Shown piece by piece: positions 40,078 to 49,521 of a stretch of 64,000 bases of DNA (within the stretch, counting starts at the first letter, position 1; every line of letters starts with the position of its first letter). The notes below the pieces were generated by a model. That model was not told where the DNA came from. It made no database searches and worked only from the letters and a program-made list of their open reading frames with translations. Location: the NCBI GenBank assembly GCA_963750165.1, contig CAVVPN010000011.1, forward strand, positions 1,376,001 to 1,440,000, read 5' to 3'. The stretch comes from an uncultured Gemmataceae bacterium (GTDB lineage Bacteria; Planctomycetota; Planctomycetia; Gemmatales; Gemmataceae). Position numbers and translations under genes: made by a program.

Positions 40078-40770
40078 TCAGGGAAACAGCGGGGACGGCG
40101 TGCCCCAGTGGTCCTGAAACACCAGGTCGCCGAGCGGCTGTCGATGCTTCCACCCCACCTCCTCCAGCAGCGGCCGGGGCCGGAACTCCACCGGGTAACC
40201 GACGCACAGGTAGGCCACGAGCTGCACGCCGGGGGGCAGGCCGAGCAATTGCTCGACGGCCTCCCGGTCGAGGATGCTGACCCAGCCGACGCCGACGCCA
40301 AGCGCCCGCGCCGCCAGCCACAGGTTCTGCACGGCCAGGCAAGTGCTGAAGAGATCGGTTTGCGGCGTGGGCGCCCGGCCGAGCACAAATGGCGCGTCGC
40401 GACTCAGGTCGCAGGTGACGGCGATGTTCAGCGGCGCTTCCAGGATGCCCTCCAGGGTCAGCCGGGCGTACAGTTCCTTCCGGGCCGGGTCGTCGATCCG
40501 CGCCTGCTCCTGGGCGTTGACTTCCTCGAAGACCGCCTTGACCCGGTGGCGCACCGCGACAGCGGCGATGACCAGGAAGTTCCACGGCTGCATGAAGCCG
40601 ACGGACGGCGCCAGGTGGGCCATTTCCAGGATACGCCGCAGCACTGCGTCCGGCACGGGGGTGGGCAGGAAGTGGCGCACGTCGCGGCGGTGGCGGATGA
40701 CTTTGAAGACCGCTTCCCGTTCCGCCTTGGAGAAGGCCGCCGCGTCACACTCGGGTTCGCCAGGGTTCAT
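40078..40770 (-). CDS. bluB: 5,6-dimethylbenzimidazole synthase
   Basis: RRDVRHF, APSVGFMQPWNF, QNLWLAARA.GVGVGWVS. Confidence 0.93.
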   Translation of the reverse strand: MNPGEPECDAAAFSKAEREAVFKVIRHRRDVRHFLPTPVPDAVLRRILEMAHLAPSVGFMQPWNFLVIAAVAVRHRVKAVFEEVNAQEQARIDDPARKELYARLTLEGILEAPLNIAVTCDLSRDAPFVLGRAPTPQTDLFSTCLAVQNLWLAARALGVGVGWVSILDREAVEQLLGLPPGVQLVAYLCVGYPVEFRPRPLLEEVGWKHRQPLGDLVFQDHWGTPSPLFP

Positions 40771-41882
40771 CAGCAACACTCCTCGGTAATCGGCTCAGGT
40801 CCGGGCCAGCGTCCGAGCACCTCGCCCGACTGCCCCATCAAGTAAACGTCCACGGCGAGACTGCCTCCCACCAGTGACATGGCGTGGTCCCAGGCCCTGC
40901 GGCAGAGCACATGAAAAAACACGGCCTGCCCCTGGGCCGCGAACAACTCCGACACTTCCTGAGCAGTGTTAGCCTGGCCGATCTGCTCGACCAGGGCAGT
41001 GTCGGCGCCGACGTTGCGGGCCGTCTCCGCGAGGAAGGCGAAGTCCTGGCTGCTGCTGGTGCTGTGGACCGAGGCGTTGCCGGCCGCGAACTTCGCCAGC
41101 TTACCGATCATGGCTGCCAGGGTCACGCGCGTGACGCCGACACGGGCACAGTGCCGCAGAGCGTCGCCGAAGAACGGTCCCAGTTGCACGAACGCCTCCT
41201 CGGGCAGCGGGAAGAGCGCCTGTGCCTGGCGTTCGCCGCGCGCCCCGACGGTCAGCACCAGATGCCGAAAACCCTGGGCCACGGCCACGTCGATTTCCTG
41301 GGTCACGGTAGCCAGCCAGGCGGCAGTGGAGTACGGCACCACAATGCCGGTGGTGCCCAGGATGGAGATACCGCCAACAATGCCCAGCCGCGGGTTGAAC
41401 GTCTTTTTCGCCAGTTCCTCGCCGCACGGCACGAACACTTCCACGACCACACCACGGCCGGCGGTGCCTCGGGCGGTGAGGATGTCGGCGACCGTCTCGG
41501 CGATGTTGCGGCGCGGCACCGGGTTGATGGCCGGTTCACCGGGCGGCACGGACAGTCCCTTCTTCGTGACCAGTCCGACACCCACGCCGCGCCGGAAGGT
41601 CACGCCGGGCTCAGGCGCCCAGGTCACGCGGGCGCCGATCTCCGCCAGGTGGGTCACGTCCGGGTCGTCCCCCGCGTCCTTGATGACACTGGCGCTGCCT
41701 TCGGTCTCGGTCCAGACACACGAGTGCAGTGCGAAGGTGACGTGCTGGCCCAGGGGCAGACGGATGGTGACTGCACGGACGGGCTGCCGGTCGATCAGGG
41801 CGAGCAGCGCCCCCGCCGTGGCCGCCGCGGCGCAGGCGCCGGTGGTGTAGCCGGAACGCAGGTTGTGCCGCGGCGACTCCAC
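40770..41882 (-). CDS. cbiD: Cobalt-precorrin-5B C1-methyltransferase
   Basis: GYTTGACAAAA, KDAGDDPDVTH, AINPVPR, TFNPRLGIVGGISILGTTG. Confidence 0.96.
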   Translation of the reverse strand: MESPRHNLRSGYTTGACAAAATAGALLALIDRQPVRAVTIRLPLGQHVTFALHSCVWTETEGSASVIKDAGDDPDVTHLAEIGARVTWAPEPGVTFRRGVGVGLVTKKGLSVPPGEPAINPVPRRNIAETVADILTARGTAGRGVVVEVFVPCGEELAKKTFNPRLGIVGGISILGTTGIVVPYSTAAWLATVTQEIDVAVAQGFRHLVLTVGARGERQAQALFPLPEEAFVQLGPFFGDALRHCARVGVTRVTLAAMIGKLAKFAAGNASVHSTSSSQDFAFLAETARNVGADTALVEQIGQANTAQEVSELFAAQGQAVFFHVLCRRAWDHAMSLVGGSLAVDVYLMGQSGEVLGRWPGPEPITEECC

Positions 41883-41885
41883 GGC

Positions 41886-42662
41886 TCAGCCCTCCCCCAG
41901 CTTCGCCAGGCAAGCAGCCACCGCGTCTGCCACCGTGCAGACGGCGGCGAGGTCGGTGGACTCGGGCCGGCGGATCATCAGCACTTCCAGGCCGAGGTCA
42001 CAGGCGGCCAGCACTTTTTCCACGACGCCGCCCTCCCGGCCCGACGCCTTGGTGACCAGCACGTCCGCCCGAAACTCACGCAGGACAGCCCGGTTGAACT
42101 CCTGCGAGAACGGCGGCCGCAGACACAGCAGCCGATCCGACGTGAACCCCGCAGCCAGGGCCTGTTGCAGCGACGCCACACAGGGAAGGATACGGGCGAT
42201 CAGCACCAGGCGGTGGTGCAGGGTGGCGAAGTGTTTCAGCTGTTTGGCTCCGATGGTCAGGAGGGCTCGGCTTCCCAGGGACGGCAACAGGGCGGCCGCG
42301 TCCGTAAAGGAATCGACCAGGTGTGTCCCGGCGGGCGGCTCCCAGTCCGGCCGTTCGTAGCGGACATAGGGCACGCGCAGGCGCCGGCACACAGCGGCCG
42401 CGGTGTGGGTGATGCGCACAGCGAACGGGTGCGTGGCGTCGAGCACCAGGTCAGTGCTGCCCTGACTGAGGAACTCGGCCAACTCGGGCTCGGTGAATCT
42501 GCGGGCCTCGACCGTGGCCGCGTCCCCAAGGGGGCCGAACAAGCTGACACAGGCTTCGGGCCGCGTGACGGTCGCCCGCACCGCGAACCCAGCCGTCAGC
42601 AGTGCCCGCGCCAGCGGCGGACCCTCGGAGGTGCCGCTAAGCAGGAGGACTCGTTTCTTCAC
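41886..42662 (-). CDS. cobK: Precorrin-6A / cobalt-precorrin-6A reductase (CobK/CbiJ)
   Basis: SGTSEG, LDATHPFA, YVRYER, VTKASG..GG..EK. Confidence 0.93.
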   Translation of the reverse strand: MKKRVLLLSGTSEGPPLARALLTAGFAVRATVTRPEACVSLFGPLGDAATVEARRFTEPELAEFLSQGSTDLVLDATHPFAVRITHTAAAVCRRLRVPYVRYERPDWEPPAGTHLVDSFTDAAALLPSLGSRALLTIGAKQLKHFATLHHRLVLIARILPCVASLQQALAAGFTSDRLLCLRPPFSQEFNRAVLREFRADVLVTKASGREGGVVEKVLAACDLGLEVLMIRRPESTDLAAVCTVADAVAACLAKLGEG

Positions 42663-44538
42663 GGTCGCGTCCCCGGAAAAGGTGTCCGTGGTCCCGGTCA
42701 TACAGCCGCGACCGGTTCTGACGGCGGCCGATGGCGGTGCCGACCAGAATCAGGGTGGTCCGAGACAGTCGGTTGCGCCGGACTTCCTCGGCCAGGTGCC
42801 GCAGTTCCGTCACGATGATTTGCTCATCCGGCCAGGAGACACGGTAGACGATGGCAACCGGCGTGTCCGGCGGATAGGCGGTCAGCAGCTGTTCCTGCAC
42901 TCGGTCAACCAGGCGGGCACTGAGGAAGAGACACAGGGTCGCGCGGTGTCTGGCCAGCGCTTCCAGAGTCTCGGATTCTGGCATGGGAGTCTGTCCCTCT
43001 GCCCGAGTGAGGATGATGGTCTGCACCACCTCCGGCAGCGTCAACTCGGTCTTCAGGGCCGCGGCGGCGGCCTGGAACGAACTGACGCCCGGAATGACCT
43101 CGTAGGAAACGCCGGCCTCGTCCAGCAGTGTCATCTGCTCCTGGATGGCGCTGTAGATGCTGGTGTCGCCGGAATGGAGCCGGACCACGTGTTTGCCGGC
43201 ACGCGCTGCCCCAGTCAGCAGGGCCGCCACGTACTCCAGTGTCAATGGGGCGGAGTTGTGCAGCACCGCCGTGGCGGGGGCGTGGCGTAACACAGCTTCG
43301 GGAACCAGCGACCCCGCGTAAACTACCACGTCCGCCCGGCCCAGGGCTCGGTGAGCCTTCACGGTCAACAGGTCGGGGTCTCCCGGCCCGGCCCCGACAA
43401 AGACAACTTTTCCCTGACCCACGGCCGGCGTCTCGAACAGGGGGGACCGGGCCAGGGCGAAGGTCATGCGCTGCGGGGCGAGGGGTGAGGTCATCACCTG
43501 TTTCTCAACGAGCAAGTGTTGCGCCCCCGAGGTCAGCAGTGCCGCCGGCTCCGCGACACCGGGCGTGCCGACACACCGGGCCACCGTCTCCGAGGGATTG
43601 GGTGTTCCCGGGACACTCGCCAGTTCGACGGCGCTGTAGAAGACAGTGTCCCATCCGTGCCGGTGAGCCATCATGGCAATGGCTTCCTCGTCGGCCTTCA
43701 GATCCACACTGGCCATGGTGCCGACGCTGCCGCGGGCAAAGCGAGACTCGGCCAGGAACCGAGTCAGACCGTCTTCCAGGGCTTCGACGGAGATGCCGCG
43801 CTCGCAGCCAACACCCAGCACCAGGCTCCGCGGTCGGAACCACAGCACCCGCTCGGGATCCACACCGCCGATGTTTTCGGGCAACCGATCCGTGACCCAC
43901 ACCAGGAACTCATGGGGCTGCTCCGGCAGGGCCGTGGGCTGCCGGGCGAAGGACACGTTCGCGGGTAACTCCCTATCATCAAGCCATCCACCCTTTGCCG
44001 CGATTTCCTGGATGAACGCCACGGGAGCGCCGTTCACGAGAGCGGCCGCCGCGTCCTTGAGCCGGGCGCGCGGCTCGGCTGTCCAGCCGAACTCATCCTC
44101 CAGCAAATCGAGACTCAGGCCGCCGATCACGTCCGAGGCAGTGGTGATAATCGGCGTGGCTCCAAGGCAGCCGGCGACAGTACGAGCGAAGACGTTGGCG
44201 CCGCCGCGATGTCCCGAGAGCAGCGGGATGACAAAATGCCCGGCCTCGTCCACGGCCAGCACGCCCGGGTCAGTGTCCTTGGACGCCAGGCACGGGGCGA
44301 TGAGTCGGGTGACTGCCCCAGCCGCGAGAAAGAACACCAGCTGTTCACAGCGGTCGAACAGGGTCGGGACCAGTGTCGCCAACGCACCATCGTACACAGT
44401 TTCCCAGGGATGCTCGGGAGGCCCGTGACGAGCCGGGCGATGGACTTCCCCGGTGCGCAGGCGGCGGCGCAGGCGGCGGGCCTGGTCGATGCCCCGGCGG
44501 GTGACGGCGATCAGTGCCACGTTAGTTGGCGTGGTCAT
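42637..44538 (-). CDS. cbiG: Fusion of CbiG (cobalt-precorrin-5A hydrolase) and CobM/CbiF (precorrin-4 C11-methyltransferase)
   Basis: KDTDPGVL, LLSGHRGGAN, LGVGCERG, GVAEPAA; then GAGPGDPDLLT, YAGSLV, RLHSGD. Confidence 0.92.
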   Translation of the reverse strand: MTTPTNVALIAVTRRGIDQARRLRRRLRTGEVHRPARHGPPEHPWETVYDGALATLVPTLFDRCEQLVFFLAAGAVTRLIAPCLASKDTDPGVLAVDEAGHFVIPLLSGHRGGANVFARTVAGCLGATPIITTASDVIGGLSLDLLEDEFGWTAEPRARLKDAAAALVNGAPVAFIQEIAAKGGWLDDRELPANVSFARQPTALPEQPHEFLVWVTDRLPENIGGVDPERVLWFRPRSLVLGVGCERGISVEALEDGLTRFLAESRFARGSVGTMASVDLKADEEAIAMMAHRHGWDTVFYSAVELASVPGTPNPSETVARCVGTPGVAEPAALLTSGAQHLLVEKQVMTSPLAPQRMTFALARSPLFETPAVGQGKVVFVGAGPGDPDLLTVKAHRALGRADVVVYAGSLVPEAVLRHAPATAVLHNSAPLTLEYVAALLTGAARAGKHVVRLHSGDTSIYSAIQEQMTLLDEAGVSYEVIPGVSSFQAAAAALKTELTLPEVVQTIILTRAEGQTPMPESETLEALARHRATLCLFLSARLVDRVQEQLLTAYPPDTPVAIVYRVSWPDEQIIVTELRHLAEEVRRNRLSRTTLILVGTAIGRRQNRSRLYDRDHGHLFRGRDREETSPPA

Positions 44539-45788
44539 GGTTTCCTGACTCGAAGGATGAAGATCAGGTTGTCCGGCTCCAGGGCGTGCAGGCACCCGAG
44601 CGGCCGGGAGTGCGCCAGCTGGACCGAGGTGACATCGGGTTCCAGTCCGCGAGACCGCAGCCACTCCCAGGCGCCGGACAGGGTTTCCAGGGCGATGCAA
44701 TTCAGGACGAGGCGGCCGTTCGGTCTGAGTCGGCTCAGGGCCATGTCAAGGATGTCCAGCAAACGCCCGCCATTGCCGCCGACGAACACCGCATCCGGGT
44801 CCGGCAGGTCGGCCGTCCCGTGAGGAGCCTCAGCGTGAATCGCACGCACTCGCCCCAGTCCGAGAGCCACGGTGTTGGCCTCCAGTCTCCGGTATTCCTC
44901 GGCGTCCCGCTCCAGGGCAAACACCTGCAACTCGGGAGAGAGCCGCGCTGCCTCAAGGGCTACGGAGCCGCTGCCGGCGCCCACGTCCCAGAGCACGTCA
45001 CCGGGATGCAGTTCCAGGGAGCAGAGCGCCAGCAGGCGAACCTCGCGCCGCGTGATGAGTCCGCGCGGCCCCGCTCGATGCAACAACTGGCCCTCGGGTA
45101 ATCCCAGCAGCGGCAGCGCCTCGTGCTGCTGCCGCTTGCGGCCTGGCGTTCCCACTTCTCGCACCAGCACGACGACATTCAACGGCGAGAACGTCTCCCC
45201 ACTCAGCCGCCCGGCCGGATGGAGTGAGACGCGCTCGTCGGGGCCACCGAGGTTCTCGCACACCCACAGGGCGTACTCTTCCGCCACACCGAGTTCGCGC
45301 AACCACTCGGCGATGGCTCCCGGGTGATTGATGCCGTCGGTCAGCACTGCGATCTTGGCCTCCCGGGCGAGCAGGGCGGGCCGCAGGCACTCCAGGGGCC
45401 GGCCGTGCAGACTGACGACCCGGGCGTCGTGCCACGTCTCCTTGACGCGCGCGAACGCCAGTTGCACCGAACTCACCTGTGGCAGGAACACCAGATTTTC
45501 CCGCGGAATCGCCCGCAACAGCGCCCCGCCGATCCCATAGAAGAGGGGATCGCCCGACGCCAGCACGACCGTCTTTTCCGCGGTGTAACACGCTCGGAGC
45601 CGGTCAACAAACTCCTCCACGTCCGAGCCCAGAGGGATTCTCGTCCCGCCCCACTCGGGGAAGTAGTCCAGGTGTCGGTGGCCGCCCGCAAGCACCCGGG
45701 CCGTGGTGACATGGCCGCGAGCCTCGGCCGACAGTCCCGCCGCCCCGTCGGGACCGATACCGACAACAATGAGCGGATGGTCCCTCAC
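44535..45788 (-). CDS. cobL: Bifunctional precorrin-6Y C5,15-methyltransferase (CbiET/CobL)
   Basis: VGIGPDG, LASGDPLFYGIG, ITRREVR, WDVGAGSGSV. Confidence 0.93.
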   Translation of the reverse strand: MRDHPLIVVGIGPDGAAGLSAEARGHVTTARVLAGGHRHLDYFPEWGGTRIPLGSDVEEFVDRLRACYTAEKTVVLASGDPLFYGIGGALLRAIPRENLVFLPQVSSVQLAFARVKETWHDARVVSLHGRPLECLRPALLAREAKIAVLTDGINHPGAIAEWLRELGVAEEYALWVCENLGGPDERVSLHPAGRLSGETFSPLNVVVLVREVGTPGRKRQQHEALPLLGLPEGQLLHRAGPRGLITRREVRLLALCSLELHPGDVLWDVGAGSGSVALEAARLSPELQVFALERDAEEYRRLEANTVALGLGRVRAIHAEAPHGTADLPDPDAVFVGGNGGRLLDILDMALSRLRPNGRLVLNCIALETLSGAWEWLRSRGLEPDVTSVQLAHSRPLGCLHALEPDNLIFILRVRKP

Positions 45789-46405
45789 GGCGTCTCCTCC
45801 CGGGCGAGCAGCAGCAGAGCGTTGATCGCGGCCGCGGCCACGGCACTGCCGCCCTTGCGGCCGCGCACCGCTAGCACCGGGATGCCCAGGGCCAGTGCTT
45901 CGTTCTTGCTCTCGGTCACGGCCACGAACCCGACCGGCATGGCGACCACCAACCGCGGCCGCACCAGTCCGCCCCGCACCGCCGCGCACAGCGCCAGCAA
46001 CGCCGTCGGGGCATTGCCGACGACGTAGACCGCTTCGGGCACCGTCGCGACGGCGCGTTCCATGGCGCACCAACTCCGAGTCTTTCCCCTGGCGGCGGCT
46101 GCCTGTCGCACTTCGGGTTCGTCGATGAAACAGTGGAGCCGGACCGCAAGCGCTGCCAGTGAGGGTTGGTGGATTCCCGCCGCAACCATGCGCACGTCGG
46201 TGACGAGGGGGACGCCTTCCCGGAAGGCACCCACGCCCGCAGCGACAGCATCCGGCGTGGAGACGACTTCGCGCACCAGCCCCAGGTCGCCCGAGGCATG
46301 GATCAGCCGCCGGACGACGGCCCACTCGGCGGGGGGAAAGGAGTGTCGGCCAACCTCGCGTTCGATGATGCGAAAACTCTCGGCCAGGATCTCAGACGGT
46401 TCCAT
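45785..46405 (-). CDS. cobH: Precorrin-8X methylmutase (CobH/CbiC)
   Basis: RRLIHASGD, GNAPTAL, PVGFV, GRKGGSAVAAAAINAL. Confidence 0.95.
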   Translation of the reverse strand: MEPSEILAESFRIIEREVGRHSFPPAEWAVVRRLIHASGDLGLVREVVSTPDAVAAGVGAFREGVPLVTDVRMVAAGIHQPSLAALAVRLHCFIDEPEVRQAAAARGKTRSWCAMERAVATVPEAVYVVGNAPTALLALCAAVRGGLVRPRLVVAMPVGFVAVTESKNEALALGIPVLAVRGRKGGSAVAAAAINALLLLAREETP

Positions 46406-47174
46406 GCTCGTGGCCCTCCACCTCACCCGGAAGCGCGTACCCGCGCGGCGTCGCCAGCACGGGACCGAGGCGGCGCGTCCGGGAGCTGCCGACGATGATC
46501 GTGGTGAACATGTCCACGTCCGCCTCCCCCATGCAACCCACGGTAGTGACGAGTACCGACTGTCCCGGCCGGTAGGCGTTGCGCACGAGTCCCACGGGGG
46601 TTTCCTCAGCTCGATACCGCGCCAGGATTTCCTGAGCCTTGCGGTACTGCCAGTCGCGCCGGGCGCTCCGCGGGTTGAGCAGGGCCAGGACGAAATCCGC
46701 CTCTGCGGCGGCGCGCAGCCGGCGCTCGATCACCACCCAGGGAGTGAGCAGGTCGCTAAGGCTGACGACAGCGAAGTCGTGTCCGAGTGGTGCCCCGAGC
46801 AACGCGGCGGCGGCGTTCACGGCCGACACACCCGGGACCACCTGCACCCGATCCAGCAACCGCTCGTCCGCGACCGCCGCACACTCCAACACCAGGCCGG
46901 CCATCGCATAAATCCCTGGGTCGCCGCTGGAGATCACACACACCGTCTTCCCTTCTCGCAGACATTCAACCGCCAACCGGGCGCGCTCCACTTCGCGGGT
47001 GAGCGGCAGGGACAAACATTCCTTTCCCTCGACCAGGTCCGTGATACCGGAGAAGTAACCGTCATAACCAATGACCACCTCGGCGCACCGCAGCGCTTCC
47101 AGGGACTGACCCGTCATGGCGGCGCGTGCCCCGGGACCGAGGCCGACCACGAACAATTTGCCCCGAGTCGTCAC
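46392..47174 (-). CDS. cobJ: Precorrin-3B C17-methyltransferase (CobJ/CbiH)
   Basis: SSGDPGIYAM, GAPLGHDF, SLSDLLTPW, TPRGY. Confidence 0.95.
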   Translation of the reverse strand: MTTRGKLFVVGLGPGARAAMTGQSLEALRCAEVVIGYDGYFSGITDLVEGKECLSLPLTREVERARLAVECLREGKTVCVISSGDPGIYAMAGLVLECAAVADERLLDRVQVVPGVSAVNAAAALLGAPLGHDFAVVSLSDLLTPWVVIERRLRAAAEADFVLALLNPRSARRDWQYRKAQEILARYRAEETPVGLVRNAYRPGQSVLVTTVGCMGEADVDMFTTIIVGSSRTRRLGPVLATPRGYALPGEVEGHEHGTV

Positions 47175-47893
47175 TGCCTCTCCCTCCGCCGCAAAATGAC
47201 GAGTGAGAAGTACGGTAACTCCCGGTCGCGCAGGCATTCAAGGTCTTCGACCACACGCTCGGCCGGCGTGCCGACCTGCTCGACGTAGACAGCCCGCACC
47301 GGCCGTGGCAGGGCCGCCAGTACCTCCAGCAATTGTCCGAACACGGCGTTCACCTTGAGCAGAAAGACGGTGGCGAATTCATCAAGCAGTGTTGGCAACC
47401 GTTCGAGACCATAGGCGGCGGGGACGACCGCCACTTTCTCGTCGAGTCGGGAGACTGGCACCCCGGCCCGAGCCGCGGCCGCACACGGCGAGGTCACGCC
47501 CGGGATAATTTCGATGCGCAACCCAGGGACGCGGCATAGTTCTTCATGCAGGTGCAGAAATGTGCTGTAAAACAGCGGGTCGCCCTCGGTGATCCACGCC
47601 ACCGATTTCCCGCGCCGCAGTTCCGCCACGATTTCCGCCGCCGCCCGACGATACCTGTCGGCGTCGCCGCCCCGGTCACGGGACATGCACAGGTTCACGG
47701 GGCGAAACCTGGCGGCGGGCAGTCCGAGGGGTTCGATGATGCGACGGGCGAAGCCTTCCCCACCCCGAGCCCCGGCCGGCAAGAAAATCCAATCGACCGC
47801 CGCGAGCACACGCTCGGCCTTGCGTGTGATTAACTCCGGGTCACCGGGTCCGACTCCCACCCCGTAAAACATCCCAGGGATTCCGACATTCAT
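47171..47893 (-). CDS. cobI: Precorrin-2 C20-methyltransferase (CobI/CbiL)
   Basis: GVGPGDPELIT, EGDPLFYST, IPGVTS, PYFSL. Confidence 0.94.
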   Translation of the reverse strand: MNVGIPGMFYGVGVGPGDPELITRKAERVLAAVDWIFLPAGARGGEGFARRIIEPLGLPAARFRPVNLCMSRDRGGDADRYRRAAAEIVAELRRGKSVAWITEGDPLFYSTFLHLHEELCRVPGLRIEIIPGVTSPCAAAARAGVPVSRLDEKVAVVPAAYGLERLPTLLDEFATVFLLKVNAVFGQLLEVLAALPRPVRAVYVEQVGTPAERVVEDLECLRDRELPYFSLVILRRRERQ

Positions 47894-47918
47894 AGCGTCC
47901 CCCGTTCGCCAGCATGGT

Positions 47919-48866
47919 TCAATGATGGTGATGGTGTCCGTGGTCATAATCGTGAGAGTGTTGATGATGGGCGTGGTCGTGTCCCTCTCCATCCTGCCCG
48001 ATACCGCGGACGTGGTGATGGTGGCCGACCTGGGGCTGGCCCACCGCCTGTTCAAAGCCCGGAAGACGCACCCGATACTTGCACAACTCACAGTTCATGT
48101 TCGGGCTGCCGTGGACCACCTCCTCAGCCCGCTCGGCGAAGGTGTCGATCAGCAGCGGGTGCGTGTTGAGGTAGCCGGCACACACGAACTCCGTGTTGGA
48201 GTGGTCGCGGGCGAATTCCGCGGTTTGCTGGCGGATGCGCTTCTCCAGCACGCCAGTAAACAGGAAGAACGGGAACACCAGCACGCGGCGGAAACCCAGC
48301 CGGTGGCAGCGTTCCAGAGCCTCGGGCAGCAGCGGTGTGGTCACGCCGCTGTAGCACGTCGCGGCCCAGCCGAAGCCCATTCCTTCCCACAGCATCCGCG
48401 ACAGTTTGCTGATGTCGGCGTTGGCGTCCGGGTCACTGCTACCCCGGCCGACCACCAACAGCAGAGTGTCCTTCCGATCCCGCGGTCCCGCCGTTCGCTC
48501 GGCCTCTTCAATGCGTAGGCGGGACAGATCGATGACGTTGGGATGCAGGTGCAGGTGCCGGCCGTACTGGAAGTCCACCCCAGGGTGGCGGCGGCGGCCC
48601 TCGTTAATTTCGCTGGGGATGTCGTTCTTGGCGTGGCCGGCGGCCATGAGCATCCCGGGCAGCACCACGACCGTCCGGGCCCCGCGCTCGACACAACGAG
48701 CGGCCCCCGCTGCGATGACCGGCTGGGCGAACTCCAGGAAGCCGCACTCGACGATACGCTCCGGGTCCCGGGCGCGGAACAGGTCCACGACCTGCAAAAA
48801 TTCCCGAGTCCCTTCCGGGTCCCGGCTGCCGTGCCCGACGAACAACACCGCTGGTTTCATGGCCAT
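47919..48866 (-). CDS. cbiX: Long-form sirohydrochlorin cobaltochelatase with MxCxxC motif and His-rich tail
   Basis: GHGSRD, AGHAKNDIP, GRGSSD, MNCELCKYR, C-terminal poly-His. Confidence 0.92.
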   Translation of the reverse strand: MAMKPAVLFVGHGSRDPEGTREFLQVVDLFRARDPERIVECGFLEFAQPVIAAGAARCVERGARTVVVLPGMLMAAGHAKNDIPSEINEGRRRHPGVDFQYGRHLHLHPNVIDLSRLRIEEAERTAGPRDRKDTLLLVVGRGSSDPDANADISKLSRMLWEGMGFGWAATCYSGVTTPLLPEALERCHRLGFRRVLVFPFFLFTGVLEKRIRQQTAEFARDHSNTEFVCAGYLNTHPLLIDTFAERAEEVVHGSPNMNCELCKYRVRLPGFEQAVGQPQVGHHHHVRGIGQDGEGHDHAHHQHSHDYDHGHHHHH

Positions 48867-48902
48867 GCCCTTTGCCTCTGGTTTCAGGGAGAGTCTACCG
48901 CT

Positions 48903-49514
48903 TCAGAACTCGACGCCCTTCTGTGCCTTGACTCCGGACCGATATGGGTGCTTGACGAGTTTCATTTCTGTCACCAGGTCGGCCAGTTCCACCAGTCCCT
49001 CCGGGGCATTGCGGCCGGTGACAACGACGTGCAGCATCGCCGGCTTCGCCCGCAGTTCGCCGAGCACCTCGTCCAGGGGAAGGTAGCCGTGCCGGAGCAC
49101 CACGTTCAACTCGTCAAGGATGACCATGTCGAAGGCGGGGTCGCGCAGCAGCGACAGAGCCTGATCCCATGCTTTGCGGGCGGAGGCGATGTCCTGTTCG
49201 CGGTCCTGAGTGTTCCAGGTGAAGCCATCACCCAGGGTGTACATGCGCAGCGGCAACAGTTCCCCGAGCCTGGCGGCCAGGGCAGCTTCCCCGGTCGGGA
49301 TGGCGCCCTTGATGAACTGGATGATGCCGACGCGCAATCCCTGGCCCAGGGCGCGGAACGCCAGGCCGAGGGCCGCGGTCGTCTTGCCCTTGCCGGCGCC
49401 GGTGTGGACGATGACCAGTCCCTGTTCGCGCGTGGCCCGGGCCTTGCGCTCCTCAAAGGCTTCCTTTTGCCGGGCCATGCGCTCCCGATGCAGTTCGTTT
49501 TCGTCCTGACTCAT
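48903..49514 (-). CDS. cobO: Cob(I)yrinic acid a,c-diamide adenosyltransferase
   Basis: TGAGKGKTTAA, QFIKG, ILDE, TGRNAP, KHPY...AQKGVEF. Confidence 0.96.
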   Translation of the reverse strand: MSQDENELHRERMARQKEAFEERKARATREQGLVIVHTGAGKGKTTAALGLAFRALGQGLRVGIIQFIKGAIPTGEAALAARLGELLPLRMYTLGDGFTWNTQDREQDIASARKAWDQALSLLRDPAFDMVILDELNVVLRHGYLPLDEVLGELRAKPAMLHVVVTGRNAPEGLVELADLVTEMKLVKHPYRSGVKAQKGVEF

Positions 49515-49521
49515 GGTTGCC

